Source: Escherichia phage vB_EcoM_E9.1
Length of the DNA stretch: 64,000 nucleotides
Strand: one strand, 5' to 3'
Sequence record: PP886230
The notes under the pieces were generated by a model. The model saw only the letters and a list, made by a program, of their open reading frames with translations, made no database searches and was not told where the DNA came from. Shown one piece after another: positions 11,339 through 20,797 of this stretch. Every line of letters starts with the position of its first letter. Position 1 is the first letter of the stretch. The position numbers were made by a program, and so were the translations under genes.

Positions 11339-11760
11339 GAGGCTATAATAAGATTTGTATTTTTGTATTTTTAGTTTGTGCATTCAATTCGTTTGGTTAC
11401 TACTGTACAGAAAATAATATTTCATATGGTTTAAATCCTTTGTGGTTTACAATTTCCAATGTAGCACAAATTGGTATTGCTCTTATGTCTGCACTTATGT
11501 TCTGTCCAATTGTCACTATGGATACTGATCATGAAAGGCTTGGATTTCTCCGTGATACTGGAGACGAACCTTACAGTAGATTGATTGTGTTGTATCCATT
11601 TATTGTTATTTTAGGTACTAACATCCAACTTGGGTCATTATCTAATAGTGTTACATCAGCAGCTATTGCTATATTTGCATTCACATTTTTTATGGTACAC
11701 AAATCAGTACTTAATTGGTATATCACAAAAATGGCAGAAGAAGGTACTAAAAATACTTGA
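11335..11760 (+). CDS. multi-pass membrane protein
   Basis: ORF 141 aa; hydrophobic; ATGA overlap with previous. Confidence 0.55.
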   Translation: MRGYNKICIFVFLVCAFNSFGYYCTENNISYGLNPLWFTISNVAQIGIALMSALMFCPIVTMDTDHERLGFLRDTGDEPYSRLIVLYPFIVILGTNIQLGSLSNSVTSAAIAIFAFTFFMVHKSVLNWYITKMAEEGTKNT

Positions 11761-11785
11761 CATAATTTAGTATGTTATATATAAT
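11757..11785 (+). promoter_or_regulatory. sigma70-type promoter
   Basis: TTGACA, 17-nt spacer, TATAAT; the TGA stop of the upstream ORF lies inside the -35 hexamer. Confidence 0.6.
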
Positions 11786-11819
11786 TATTTTGTTAAAAAC
11801 AAATTAGAGTAAGGAACTT

Positions 11820-12071
11820 ATGAACATCGATAAGGTCAAAGAACTTAGTGCTGCACTAATTAAGAATGAAGAAGTTTGTGAAGAACTTCGCAGTACTATC
11901 AAAGTTGAGTACGCACGACTCCAAGGTATGCTTCAAGAATCAGAATGGGTAGTAACTAAATCTATCGAAGCAATCTATAAGGATATCGAATCCCTTTTCA
12001 ACAAGAAAAGTAAGATTGAATCTGATTCATATAACAAACGTAAAGAGTTATCTACTGCACTTGGTATCTAA
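11820..12071 (+). CDS. hypothetical protein
   Basis: ORF 83 aa. Confidence 0.55.
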   Translation: MNIDKVKELSAALIKNEEVCEELRSTIKVEYARLQGMLQESEWVVTKSIEAIYKDIESLFNKKSKIESDSYNKRKELSTALGI

Positions 12072-12077
12072 AAGTAT

Positions 12078-12106
12078 TTGACATAACAAATAATATGGAG
12101 TACAAT
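12078..12106 (+). promoter_or_regulatory. sigma70-type promoter
   Basis: TTGACA, 17-nt spacer, TACAAT. Confidence 0.55.
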
Positions 12107-12145
12107 GTGCTCCTAATTTAATTATCAGCTAAAAAGGAAAACATT

Positions 12146-12406
12146 ATGAAATCTATTCTCGTTGCAGTTAACCTGGTTGCTTCCCCATCTTTCAACTTCA
12201 AACAAGTTGTTGCTGATAATCTGAAGAAGATCTGTCCAAACGCTGAATTAACTTTCTGTGTGTTTGATTCAGAAAAAGTAACTAAAGTTGATCTAAACTA
12301 TCTTTTGAACGAAGTAAAAAGCGTTTCTGGTGAAAGTAACTTAAAAGTTCTTCATGATATTGCAGAAGATTATGATGACACTCTAGTAATTTCGGAGAAA
12401 TTCTAA
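12146..12406 (+). CDS. hypothetical protein
   Basis: ORF 86 aa. Confidence 0.55.
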   Translation: MKSILVAVNLVASPSFNFKQVVADNLKKICPNAELTFCVFDSEKVTKVDLNYLLNEVKSVSGESNLKVLHDIAEDYDDTLVISEKF

Positions 12407-12411
12407 ATCAA

Positions 12412-12831
12412 ATGATTACATTCATTCAGTACTTAATCATTAAATTTTTTGGCTATTATACGATTGAAGGCAAAGCTACACTCGCACATAAAATCTTTGT
12501 AGCATTATGTACGGGTGATTATGACGTATTGAATAAGTACTGTAAATCGCAAGCATGTATTGATATAATGGCACTTCGTATCTATGAGTGCCAGTTCAAT
12601 AGATATAATTTTTACCAGTACAGATTTGATAAAGAAGAATTTGATAGCATCAAAATGCTAAAGAATTTATGTAACAATAAAAAGAATATGCATATATCAG
12701 AATTTGTTGCTTTGTATTTTTATTTAAAAAGTTCATTGTATATGAACACGATGCAAAGATTCGATACTAGAATTAATGTATTCACCGATAAAGAATTTTA
12801 TATATACGATAAATTCTTAGATAAGGTTTAA
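12412..12831 (+). CDS. hypothetical protein
   Basis: ORF 139 aa. Confidence 0.5.
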   Translation: MITFIQYLIIKFFGYYTIEGKATLAHKIFVALCTGDYDVLNKYCKSQACIDIMALRIYECQFNRYNFYQYRFDKEEFDSIKMLKNLCNNKKNMHISEFVALYFYLKSSLYMNTMQRFDTRINVFTDKEFYIYDKFLDKV

Positions 12832-12832
12832 T

Positions 12833-13330
12833 ATGACAACTGTTTATATTGATAAACGATTAAATTTATTGATTACCGATTCTAGAGTTACGTCAACTAT
12901 ACCACGAAACTTATTTGGTTTTTTCCCACTAAGACCAAAATATCAATATGGAGTTGTTAATCAAAAAACTTTATATGTACATGACCGTTTATTCAGTGCT
13001 AGTGGGGTAGTAAGTGAAATTGATAAAGTACTGGATTGGTTAATTAATAAAGTACCAGTTATACCTGACAGAAAGTTAAGTTGCCATTGTGTGCTTCTTT
13101 CTAAAGATTATGTTATTCATATGATTTTAACTAAAGGAAAGTTTATTAAAAAACTTGAATATCTACATGAAGACTACACTTTCTTTATGGGAAGTGGTGG
13201 TGAATACATGCTAGATGCTGCTATTCATGAAGAACATACAACTTTATATGATAAAGTGTTTAGTACTTTCATGGATGTGCACAACCATGATTGCTTCACA
13301 GATGATAATATTAATGTATATCGATTTTGA
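12833..13330 (+). CDS. hypothetical protein
   Basis: ORF 165 aa. Confidence 0.55.
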   Translation: MTTVYIDKRLNLLITDSRVTSTIPRNLFGFFPLRPKYQYGVVNQKTLYVHDRLFSASGVVSEIDKVLDWLINKVPVIPDRKLSCHCVLLSKDYVIHMILTKGKFIKKLEYLHEDYTFFMGSGGEYMLDAAIHEEHTTLYDKVFSTFMDVHNHDCFTDDNINVYRF

Positions 13331-13351
13331 TTTCGTCATTAGGAGATGTAA

Positions 13352-14317
13352 GTGAAAAAGCTTGATTTAAATACAATTGCCGAAGAAGTTCTGGATGAAT
13401 GTTTTGCTAATGAAGAAGTCAACACACTAGAAGCCTTAGATTTCGTTGAAGATAAAGATGATAATGAAGGTAAAGTACAAAGCAGTTTCAAATATAATAT
13501 TACACTTAAGCGACCACCAAATGTTTCCAATGAAGATCTAATTCGTGATATTCAAGCTGGTATCAATGTAAAGAAAAACACTGAACTGTTAGTTCGTTAC
13601 AATTATGGACTGATTATTGATGTAGCAAGTAAATGTACTTGTTATATCCCATTTGAAGATAAGATTTCATATGGTGTTGAGGGGTTCATGAGAGCACTAA
13701 AAACCTTTGATCTTAATAAGAATGTTAAGTTCATTACCTATGCTTCTTCTAGTATTTACATGACAGTCTATAACGAAAGTTCTGACGCTAACTATATGGT
13801 ACACTTCCCACGTTATATGAGTGTTCATAAGATCAAAGTAAAAAGATTCTGCCAGGAATATATGCGTAAACATGGTGTTCGCCCAACACCTGAAATAATC
13901 TCAGAGGGTACTGGGATTGAGATTCAGCATGTTAATAATTGTTTGTTATTTCAAAGCGAATACACTTCGCTGGATGCACCATTAGACGGTGTTACAGATG
14001 GTACATTAGGTGACATTATTCATTCACCTGCTTCTGATTTTAACCTCAATGTTGATAGTATCCGTGCACCTTTGCGTTATGCTATCAATGAACTGACCAA
14101 CGAATTGAGTACTAAAGAACGTGAGATTATCCAGCGTGTTCATGGTCTAGGTGAATATGAACCTGAAACGCTTCGTGAGATTGCTGATAATGGTTTTGTT
14201 GATGATAATGGAAAATATGTTAAATCCCGTTCATCAATACATCGAAAGTACAGTGAAGCTATGCAAAAGCTTAAGAAGTTAGTACTTGCAAAAGGGTACG
14301 AATACGAAGATTTCTAA
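13352..14317 (+). CDS. phage-encoded sigma-70-family RNA polymerase sigma factor
   Basis: ORF 321 aa (GTG start after AGGAGA). Region-2-like segments (VRYNYGLIIDVASKC; FITYASSSIYMTVYN..FPRYM, compare RpoD FSTYATWWIRQ..RIPVHM) and a region-4-like HTH (LSTKEREIIQRVHGLGEYEPETLREIAD..SRSSIHRKYSEAMQKLKKL). Confidence 0.75.
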   Translation: MKKLDLNTIAEEVLDECFANEEVNTLEALDFVEDKDDNEGKVQSSFKYNITLKRPPNVSNEDLIRDIQAGINVKKNTELLVRYNYGLIIDVASKCTCYIPFEDKISYGVEGFMRALKTFDLNKNVKFITYASSSIYMTVYNESSDANYMVHFPRYMSVHKIKVKRFCQEYMRKHGVRPTPEIISEGTGIEIQHVNNCLLFQSEYTSLDAPLDGVTDGTLGDIIHSPASDFNLNVDSIRAPLRYAINELTNELSTKEREIIQRVHGLGEYEPETLREIADNGFVDDNGKYVKSRSSIHRKYSEAMQKLKKLVLAKGYEYEDF

Positions 14318-14325
14318 AGAACAAG

Positions 14326-14350
14326 GGTTGGCTTATGCCAACCTTTTTTT
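14326..14350 (+). terminator. intrinsic terminator
   Basis: Hairpin GGTTGGC-TTAT-GCCAACC followed by T7, directly after the sigma gene stop. Confidence 0.75.
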
Positions 14351-14874
14351 ATGGGATGAAGTAAAAGTTTGTGATATAATTATCTTGTACAATTCTGTTG
14401 GCATGATATTCATGTACCTGATCCACTCGAAAACGTAGAGGGCAGTTGAGCAGTCCGACAGTGCGAACAGCAAAAGAAACCCGTTAGATGTGGGCATAGT
14501 TTGAACCCCTCACGGCAATGCGGCTGTATAAAGAACCACGTTAGGATAGCTGGTGGTTCCTTGATAGACATATAAGGATAACACCTTACGAATTATCTAA
14601 GGGAGAGTTATCGAATTTTGTACAGGAAAGTTGCGTCCAAAATTTGAGTACTCACATTAAGTATTTGATTGCATAGATACTTAATGAAGATACACTATGT
14701 TTAAAAGTGTAGACCGTCATATGAAACTGAAGTAGAGAGAAACAGGATGACCCGCTTTCGCACTCTTTATGAGTAATCTTCAATGCAATAGCTCTGATAC
14801 CATCAGCGTCAAATTTCCCTCCTTGTGGGGGGAAGAAAAATCCCTTCCTCAAATCCCGTCAATATTAAAAGTCC

Positions 14875-14903
14875 TTGACAGTTATTAATCATTCGCGTAG
14901 AAT
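14875..14903 (+). promoter_or_regulatory. sigma70-type promoter
   Basis: TTGACA, 17-nt spacer, TAGAAT. Confidence 0.5.
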
Positions 14904-14967
14904 ACGTAGTATTAGAAGCGAACAGACATCTCGAAGAGATGGATGATTAACCATTAAGGAATATCAA

Positions 14968-15177
14968 ATGAATTCAGTAATCTTTTTAGTAGTCGCTTTC
15001 TCTGTTAATTCCGGTGTACAAATAACCCCAATGAATTCCATGAATCAATGCATAGCAGTACGTGATAGTACATACGAACAAGTAAACAAAGATATTTGGA
15101 TTACAGTTAGTAAAGAACAAATGTGGTGTTACAATAGTAATACTAACACAAAGCTTATTGTAGGACAAACTCAATGA
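14968..15177 (+). CDS. hypothetical protein
   Basis: ORF 69 aa; hydrophobic N-terminus. Confidence 0.5.
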   Translation: MNSVIFLVVAFSVNSGVQITPMNSMNQCIAVRDSTYEQVNKDIWITVSKEQMWCYNSNTNTKLIVGQTQ

Positions 15178-15404
15178 GTTATGGCGTTCGTTTTGAGATT
15201 CGTTCTATTGTCATCAATGCAGAGAAACAAGTATCGTTGGATGGTGATATACGTGAAATTTATCTATCATGTATCCGTGCGAAATCTGAAGCAGATGCCT
15301 TAGTACAAATGTATAGTTTTAACTTTTCAAATGGATTCTATTTGGTACGAGTTATTGAAGTGAAAAAAGTACTTATTGGTTGTAGCATAGAAGGATTAAT
15401 GTAA
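15174..15404 (+). CDS. hypothetical protein
   Basis: ORF 76 aa; ATGA overlap. Confidence 0.5.
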   Translation: MSYGVRFEIRSIVINAEKQVSLDGDIREIYLSCIRAKSEADALVQMYSFNFSNGFYLVRVIEVKKVLIGCSIEGLM

Positions 15405-15405
15405 A

Positions 15406-16194
15406 ATGAGCACTATAGATGAACTGATTCGACGGAATTCAAAATATTACCAACCATCAGAAATTGTAGGTAACATTACCAAATCAGAGTTTGGTCCAAA
15501 TACTCGAAAACTCATTCATGTAATGTCACGTGATGGCTTTAAATGTGATTGTTGCGGTGAATCTAATGTAGTATTCACTTTACACAAGCACAGTACTAAA
15601 GATCGTTATAAATTCAGACCTTATGTACTTAAAGGGAAACGCCTTGTACGCATGACGTTAGACCATAATGTACTGGACTGTCTTCAGGGCGGTAATGATA
15701 AAGAGAACATGACTGCACTGTGTGAAGATTGTAACGCATTACGCCAGCATAAGTTTGCTGAATACAGTGAGTTTAAACACTGGTATCATAACGCGGATCG
15801 TTCAATCGAGCCTGACGTTAACTACTGCTTCATTGAGTACATTAAGAATGCCAAAGATACATACATTCTTAAATCAATGTCACCTATTACCGTGTTTCCT
15901 GAGAACCTATTCACTACATTAAAGAATAGTTTTATTGTGGGTGATATTGATGCATTCAAGTATTTTGACAAAGGTGCAAAACATTTTGAAATTCAATGTC
16001 TTAGTACTGCACTATGTGAACTCATTAAAATTTACATAAAAGAGTATTTGGGTATTGACAATGTACGTGTACCAGAGTATACTTTTTCTATTGAATTCGA
16101 TTGTGAATCAATCAAAGAGTTTGGAATTCTTTTCAATAAACAAATAGAACTTGCAATTCAAAACGAAATCAAGTACTATACTACTAACATTTAA
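15406..16194 (+). CDS. HNH endonuclease
   Basis: ORF 262 aa; CDCCGE..LDHNVLDCLQGGNDKENMTALCEDCNALRQH matches the HNH His-Asn-His/zinc-knuckle signature. Confidence 0.7.
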   Translation: MSTIDELIRRNSKYYQPSEIVGNITKSEFGPNTRKLIHVMSRDGFKCDCCGESNVVFTLHKHSTKDRYKFRPYVLKGKRLVRMTLDHNVLDCLQGGNDKENMTALCEDCNALRQHKFAEYSEFKHWYHNADRSIEPDVNYCFIEYIKNAKDTYILKSMSPITVFPENLFTTLKNSFIVGDIDAFKYFDKGAKHFEIQCLSTALCELIKIYIKEYLGIDNVRVPEYTFSIEFDCESIKEFGILFNKQIELAIQNEIKYYTTNI

Positions 16195-16209
16195 TCAGAG
16201 GAAATTATC

Positions 16210-16392
16210 ATGCAAATTATCATTCTTATCGTTGGCATCATGCTGGGTGTTTACGGTCACTCCTGGATGAACGAGAAGTTTCCTAATACGCGTCCTGAGT
16301 ATTGCAGTACTAATGTATTCCAGAATGGTGAGAAACCAAAGGAAAGCATTGGTAAAAAGCTGGATAAAGTACTTGATGTGATCAATGAATAA
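16210..16392 (+). CDS. small membrane protein
   Basis: ORF 60 aa; N-terminal hydrophobic helix MQIIILIVGIMLGVYG. Confidence 0.5.
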   Translation: MQIIILIVGIMLGVYGHSWMNEKFPNTRPEYCSTNVFQNGEKPKESIGKKLDKVLDVINE

Positions 16393-16603
16393 GGGCCATA
16401 AAATGTTTAAACCGAATTCCAATGTTGGTAAGAAAGTTCAATTACTTGAAGATGTATCCACCATGAGTGGAATTTTCCCAAGAGGTCACATCATGACTAT
16501 TATTGCCGAAACATCCCGTGGGTGGGATTTGGAAGATGCTGATGGTAATCGCATCCTTGAGGCTGGATTCTATGGTCATCGTGAATATAAAATCGTTGAT
16601 TAA
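16385..16603 (+). CDS. hypothetical protein
   Basis: ORF 72 aa. Confidence 0.5.
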   Translation: MNKGHKMFKPNSNVGKKVQLLEDVSTMSGIFPRGHIMTIIAETSRGWDLEDADGNRILEAGFYGHREYKIVD

Positions 16604-16699
16604 GGATACAACATGACTTTAGAGATTGTCTTTGGTATTGTTAGCTTAGTCGTCTGTGTGGGTTGGTTTGGGTATCTGATGATTTTTGGTGATTAATAC

Positions 16700-16727
16700 T
16701 TGACATAAGATATCAGTACTGTATAAT
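16700..16727 (+). promoter_or_regulatory. sigma70-type promoter with CAGTACTG in spacer
   Basis: TTGACA, 16-nt spacer ending in CAGTACTG, TATAAT, then GTTTATATC. Confidence 0.65.
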
Positions 16728-16772
16728 GTTTATATCAAACGAAATCCACTTTAACAAATGATAGGAAATATT

Positions 16773-17051
16773 ATGTCTTTTTCTAAAGAAGAACGTGACC
16801 TTATTAAAAAAGCAATTTGGTTTTATGCTAATGAAGGGAAGTGCGATGAAGAAAAAGCACGTGAACTGTGTAATATTCTTGAGAAGAAACAAGAACTGAA
16901 AGTGTATCGTATCCGTGATTTGGATGAAGGAGATCGTATTGTCCTAGCTGAAACAAAAGAAGAAGCAGAACAAATCTTCACTGATAAAAACGAAAATCCA
17001 CATTGGATGGAAGAAGTCTGTGATGTTAAAAAAGGTACTTATATCGATTGA
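16773..17051 (+). CDS. hypothetical acidic protein
   Basis: ORF ~92 aa; ATG 16773 after AGGAAA preferred over in-frame ATG 16758. Confidence 0.55.
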   Translation: MSFSKEERDLIKKAIWFYANEGKCDEEKARELCNILEKKQELKVYRIRDLDEGDRIVLAETKEEAEQIFTDKNENPHWMEEVCDVKKGTYID

Positions 17052-17076
17052 CAGTACTGAATAATAGCAGTATTAT
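17048..17076 (+). promoter_or_regulatory. sigma70-type promoter
   Basis: TTGACA (containing the TGA stop of the upstream ORF), 17-nt spacer starting GTACTGAAT, TATTAT; followed by a 13-bp-stem hairpin GGGAATGCAGTGA..TCACTGCGTTCCC. Confidence 0.5.
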
Positions 17077-17170
17077 GTTTTATATAAAAGGGAATGCAGT
17101 GAAAGGAAAGACAGCATAATCGTACTCGTCACTGCGTTCCCGCCCTTTTAAATTAAATGAGGAATTAACT

Positions 17171-17479
17171 ATGTTTCAAACTAACACTCAAGGTTTTGTA
17201 ATCATCGATTTGAATCAAAACAGCGGTCATTGGATGAAACCTACTGACGCATGTATGCAGTTTGATTTCTTAGGTTACAAAATTAGTGTAAGTACTGGTG
17301 CTTCTGTACTGAGAGGTGGTTGTATCGTTGAACATCTGGTAACTGATCCAGAAGGTCGTGAGTATGAAATCGCAGGTTCAGTACAAGATGCCATTATGTT
17401 TGTATGTCAGCGTGAAATGAATGGTTCGAATTCAAATGCACTGACTCATGCTCTTTCTCAAGAAGTGGAGGTTCGTTAA
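17171..17479 (+). CDS. hypothetical protein
   Basis: ORF 102 aa. Confidence 0.55.
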   Translation: MFQTNTQGFVIIDLNQNSGHWMKPTDACMQFDFLGYKISVSTGASVLRGGCIVEHLVTDPEGREYEIAGSVQDAIMFVCQREMNGSNSNALTHALSQEVEVR

Positions 17480-17724
17480 TGAAATACATTGTAGCAGTAC
17501 TCGTCGCATTTCTACTCACTGCATGTGATGCTTCTACCAAAGAACGTACAAGTGATTTTGTTCTACCTGCTGAATTAAAAGAAGCAGGGTGTAAGATTTA
17601 TCGTATGCAACAAGATGGTGCTGGTGCGACTTTATACACTGTGTACTGTCCTAATGCAAATACAAGTACTGGATACACTAGCGGTAAAACACGAATCAAC
17701 ACTTCCGTAATTCATGGAGAATAA
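17479..17724 (+). CDS. putative lipoprotein
   Basis: ORF 81 aa; N-terminus MKYIVAVLVAFLLTAC with lipobox L-T-A-C. Confidence 0.65.
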   Translation: MKYIVAVLVAFLLTACDASTKERTSDFVLPAELKEAGCKIYRMQQDGAGATLYTVYCPNANTSTGYTSGKTRINTSVIHGE

Positions 17725-17726
17725 CA

Positions 17727-18095
17727 ATGAGCCTTGATACAACACGTGCAGCAGATTTATTAACTCGTCTGAATGATGAAGAATATCTTGCTGAGATAAA
17801 GTACAAGCTTGACAAACTTGTTCGAAGTGCTGAAGTAATTGAAGTTGAAGGTCACTTACCGATGGATCAATACCATAGGTTCAAGGAAGATATGGTTTAT
17901 TATCCTAATGAAATTTGGATTGAGTGGCAACATTGGACTAACAAAACTCTTCGCATTGAAGGGTATTGTGTGAAGTATGAAAGTTCACCTGGTGATGTTA
18001 CAAAAACTCTATCAATTTGGTGTACAAAAACAAATGAACTCGTTGAGGTGAATTTGAATTATATGAATGGATTCCGTTGGGGTGATGTTAAATGA
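17727..18095 (+). CDS. hypothetical protein
   Basis: ORF 122 aa. Confidence 0.55.
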   Translation: MSLDTTRAADLLTRLNDEEYLAEIKYKLDKLVRSAEVIEVEGHLPMDQYHRFKEDMVYYPNEIWIEWQHWTNKTLRIEGYCVKYESSPGDVTKTLSIWCTKTNELVEVNLNYMNGFRWGDVK

Positions 18096-18367
18096 TTAAA
18101 AAACTCTTGACTGGAATCATTGTGTGCAGTACAATGTTTCTTACAGCATGTAATGATGACGGCAGGTTTAGTGCAAAAGACTTAGTTCGTCAGGATTGTA
18201 CATTCACAGGTAAGTCTTTTATTAACGAGTATGAAATATGTACACAATCAGGTCGTATCTGTGGTGGTTGGGAAAAACGACAGGAGCGATTGTATGTATA
18301 TGAATGCCCTGGACATCACAACAAAGTACTAAGCACACACAAACTTGTTTATGATAAGGTTGAATAA
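18092..18367 (+). CDS. putative lipoprotein
   Basis: ORF 91 aa; N-terminus MIKKLLTGIIVCSTMFLTAC with lipobox L-T-A-C; cysteine-rich. Confidence 0.65.
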   Translation: MIKKLLTGIIVCSTMFLTACNDDGRFSAKDLVRQDCTFTGKSFINEYEICTQSGRICGGWEKRQERLYVYECPGHHNKVLSTHKLVYDKVE

Positions 18368-18582
18368 TGACTACCAATGAAATGATGCAGGTTATTTGGG
18401 ATAAAGGTTGTGATATTAAAATCACTAGTACTGATGTTCGTGTATTCAAAACTGAATATATGGAGTACTTGGACCTTGATACTTATAATAATATTGTATC
18501 AATTGAACACAAAGGTGCAGTACTGGAAACCATTGACGTAGTACTCAAGAAAGCTACCGACCTATTAGGAGTGGCAGTGTGA
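18367..18582 (+). CDS. hypothetical protein
   Basis: ORF 71 aa. Confidence 0.5.
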   Translation: MTTNEMMQVIWDKGCDIKITSTDVRVFKTEYMEYLDLDTYNNIVSIEHKGAVLETIDVVLKKATDLLGVAV

Positions 18583-18735
18583 ATAACAAAGAGTGGGAAG
18601 ATTACCGCAAGAAGTGCAGGGAGTTTGATAAAGAACTTACTGGTACAGTGAATGCAGTAATGTGGGTATCTGTAATTATTGCAGTTCTTGCGTTGGGTGC
18701 TATTATTATTAATAAATTATTCTAAGGCGAATATC

Positions 18736-18936
18736 ATGTTTACTTTATATCTCGCAGTAGTTCTCACCAATGGTGAAATCACTCGTACTATTGGTGAAGG
18801 TGTATATAAAACACCAGACCAGTGCTACTCTGCCACTCATTGGCCTCGCGATAGTGGGGATGAAACTCGCACTGAATTCAAATGCATGAAAGTAAAAGGT
18901 GATTTTGTTAACCTTAAGGTTATCGAGGCGAAATAA
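18736..18936 (+). CDS. small membrane protein
   Basis: ORF ~66 aa starting MFTLYLAVVLTNG; ATG 18736 preferred over track start 18679. Confidence 0.5.
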   Translation: MFTLYLAVVLTNGEITRTIGEGVYKTPDQCYSATHWPRDSGDETRTEFKCMKVKGDFVNLKVIEAK

Positions 18937-19454
18937 TGGATATTAATGAGTTGTTGAAATTAGTGTTTAATCGTGAACGCCGCGATACAAGACCAATTGA
19001 ATATCAAGATGTGATACGCATTGAAACTGATTTCTGTTATGGTAAAACAACTCATGACCTTTTGAATCTCTCTGGAAAACGCTATGCTGATGTTTGTTTT
19101 TCAGAGAGAAGTGATGGTTCAGAAATAACGAGTACTGATATTGTTTGTTACGCACGCAGTGCTGATAAATCTTATGAAATAGAACTTATATATTCCCCTA
19201 GTTCTAAAACAAATCATCACCGCCATATTTTATATGATGTTTATACACCACCTGGTATTGCTGAATATTTTGTTATTGATTATAGTACTGAAGAAAATGT
19301 GTTTCAACAAAGTTTGATTCATAACTTTGAGGTGAATGATCCATTAGTACCAAAGTTGTTCAAACTACTTGACACCATAGATGTTGATTTTGAATTTGTT
19401 ATGTGCATTAGAACTTCTTTATTCAATGAATTCATGGAACTTTTTAATATATGA
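18936..19454 (+). CDS. hypothetical protein
   Basis: ORF 172 aa. Confidence 0.55.
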   Translation: MDINELLKLVFNRERRDTRPIEYQDVIRIETDFCYGKTTHDLLNLSGKRYADVCFSERSDGSEITSTDIVCYARSADKSYEIELIYSPSSKTNHHRHILYDVYTPPGIAEYFVIDYSTEENVFQQSLIHNFEVNDPLVPKLFKLLDTIDVDFEFVMCIRTSLFNEFMELFNI

Positions 19455-19672
19455 ATAGATACTATGTTGTGTATGAACACGTCTCTGAATTTAATAACAT
19501 ACGCGGGTTTTCCAGAGTAGTCACCAAGATGGATGTATTCATTCGTGCTCTTAGTGAAGTAGATGCACTGTTTAAATTGTTTGATGAAATTACAAAGTAT
19601 AACACACCTAAAACACACCGCTATGTGGAAACTGTACATAGCATTATGCTAACTGAAAGTGATGAGGAATGA
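19451..19672 (+). CDS. hypothetical protein
   Basis: ORF 73 aa. Confidence 0.5.
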   Translation: MNRYYVVYEHVSEFNNIRGFSRVVTKMDVFIRALSEVDALFKLFDEITKYNTPKTHRYVETVHSIMLTESDEE

Positions 19673-19675
19673 TAA

Positions 19676-19894
19676 ATGAATTTATATCTAGTTGAAGGTT
19701 TAGTACAAGTCTATAAACCAGAAGGTGAAGGTCAACGTTTTTCACACGTAGAAGAATTTAAGTACGTTGTACAGGCTGATGGTCAGTACGATGCGGAAAT
19801 TCAAGTAGATGAATCATTCCGTAAGAAAAATGAAATTGGTAAATTTCAATACCAGAACTTACAATATAAAGTATGGCCTAGTATAAATGACTAA
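19676..19894 (+). CDS. hypothetical protein
   Basis: ORF 72 aa. Confidence 0.5.
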   Translation: MNLYLVEGLVQVYKPEGEGQRFSHVEEFKYVVQADGQYDAEIQVDESFRKKNEIGKFQYQNLQYKVWPSIND

Positions 19895-20102
19895 GATGTG
19901 GTGGTGTCATGGTGTATATAACGTGTATGTAAATGGTAGATATAAAATGTCTAGTACCTATGCAAGACGTGTTAATGCGAACAACCAAGTTGATGCTGCT
20001 TGTGAGATCATTGAGTGGTATGCTGAGTTCAATGCACCTGACTATATGTACGAAATAGTTACAATAAATGTTGTACAAATCGATACATCTTTGATACAAT
20101 AA
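19887..20102 (+). CDS. hypothetical protein
   Basis: ORF 71 aa. Confidence 0.5.
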   Translation: MTKMWWCHGVYNVYVNGRYKMSSTYARRVNANNQVDAACEIIEWYAEFNAPDYMYEIVTINVVQIDTSLIQ

Positions 20103-20134
20103 CCACATCAAAAAAATTGCATCTGAGGATACTT

Positions 20135-20797
20135 ATGTTAGTTAATCTTAATTTCATCACTTCACCTGACTGGGCATTACGTGGAGTTTCTTTAAACTTC
20201 AAGGAAACTATGTTTGACTACATTGGTGAGTGTACATTGGTAAATGCAACTTTTGATCCAAATCATCCGTTTTGGGCTGAAATTCATGATCCAAATGTAA
20301 ACAACAATACATCTGTTATGACTATTGTCCAGACTAAACATGCAGGTATCCTTGCAGGTTATCGACCTGCACATGCAATTGAACACTTCACTGATTACGA
20401 TGTCGTGGATGAATACCCAATGATCCATGAAGATGGAAGTCTATACACATCTGAAGACTTCCGTGCTATCTTTAATAGTACTGATGATATTCTACCAAGT
20501 GGACGTCCACGTCCTGAGTCTTATCTTATGCATCCATCTTATGGTGTAGCAGATACGCTTGAACAGATTATGAATAAGTACAAGAACCTAATTGAAGGTC
20601 CAGAAGAAATTGTCCTGTGCTATCACCCAGTACTGAAGTCTGAACAACCAAAGGATGGTGGATGGCGTTGGCATAAGAATGGTGAGTATATCGGTACTAA
20701 ACGAAGTAAAGAACGTTTTGAGTACTTGTATGATGAGCCAGATGTTGATGTGGTTTTGTGTTATAATTTTATTAAGGTGAAAAAGAAATGTATCTAG
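20135..20797 (+). CDS. hypothetical protein
   Basis: ORF ~220 aa; ATG 20135 after GAGGA preferred over TTG at 20117. Confidence 0.55.
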   Translation: MLVNLNFITSPDWALRGVSLNFKETMFDYIGECTLVNATFDPNHPFWAEIHDPNVNNNTSVMTIVQTKHAGILAGYRPAHAIEHFTDYDVVDEYPMIHEDGSLYTSEDFRAIFNSTDDILPSGRPRPESYLMHPSYGVADTLEQIMNKYKNLIEGPEEIVLCYHPVLKSEQPKDGGWRWHKNGEYIGTKRSKERFEYLYDEPDVDVVLCYNFIKVKKKCI

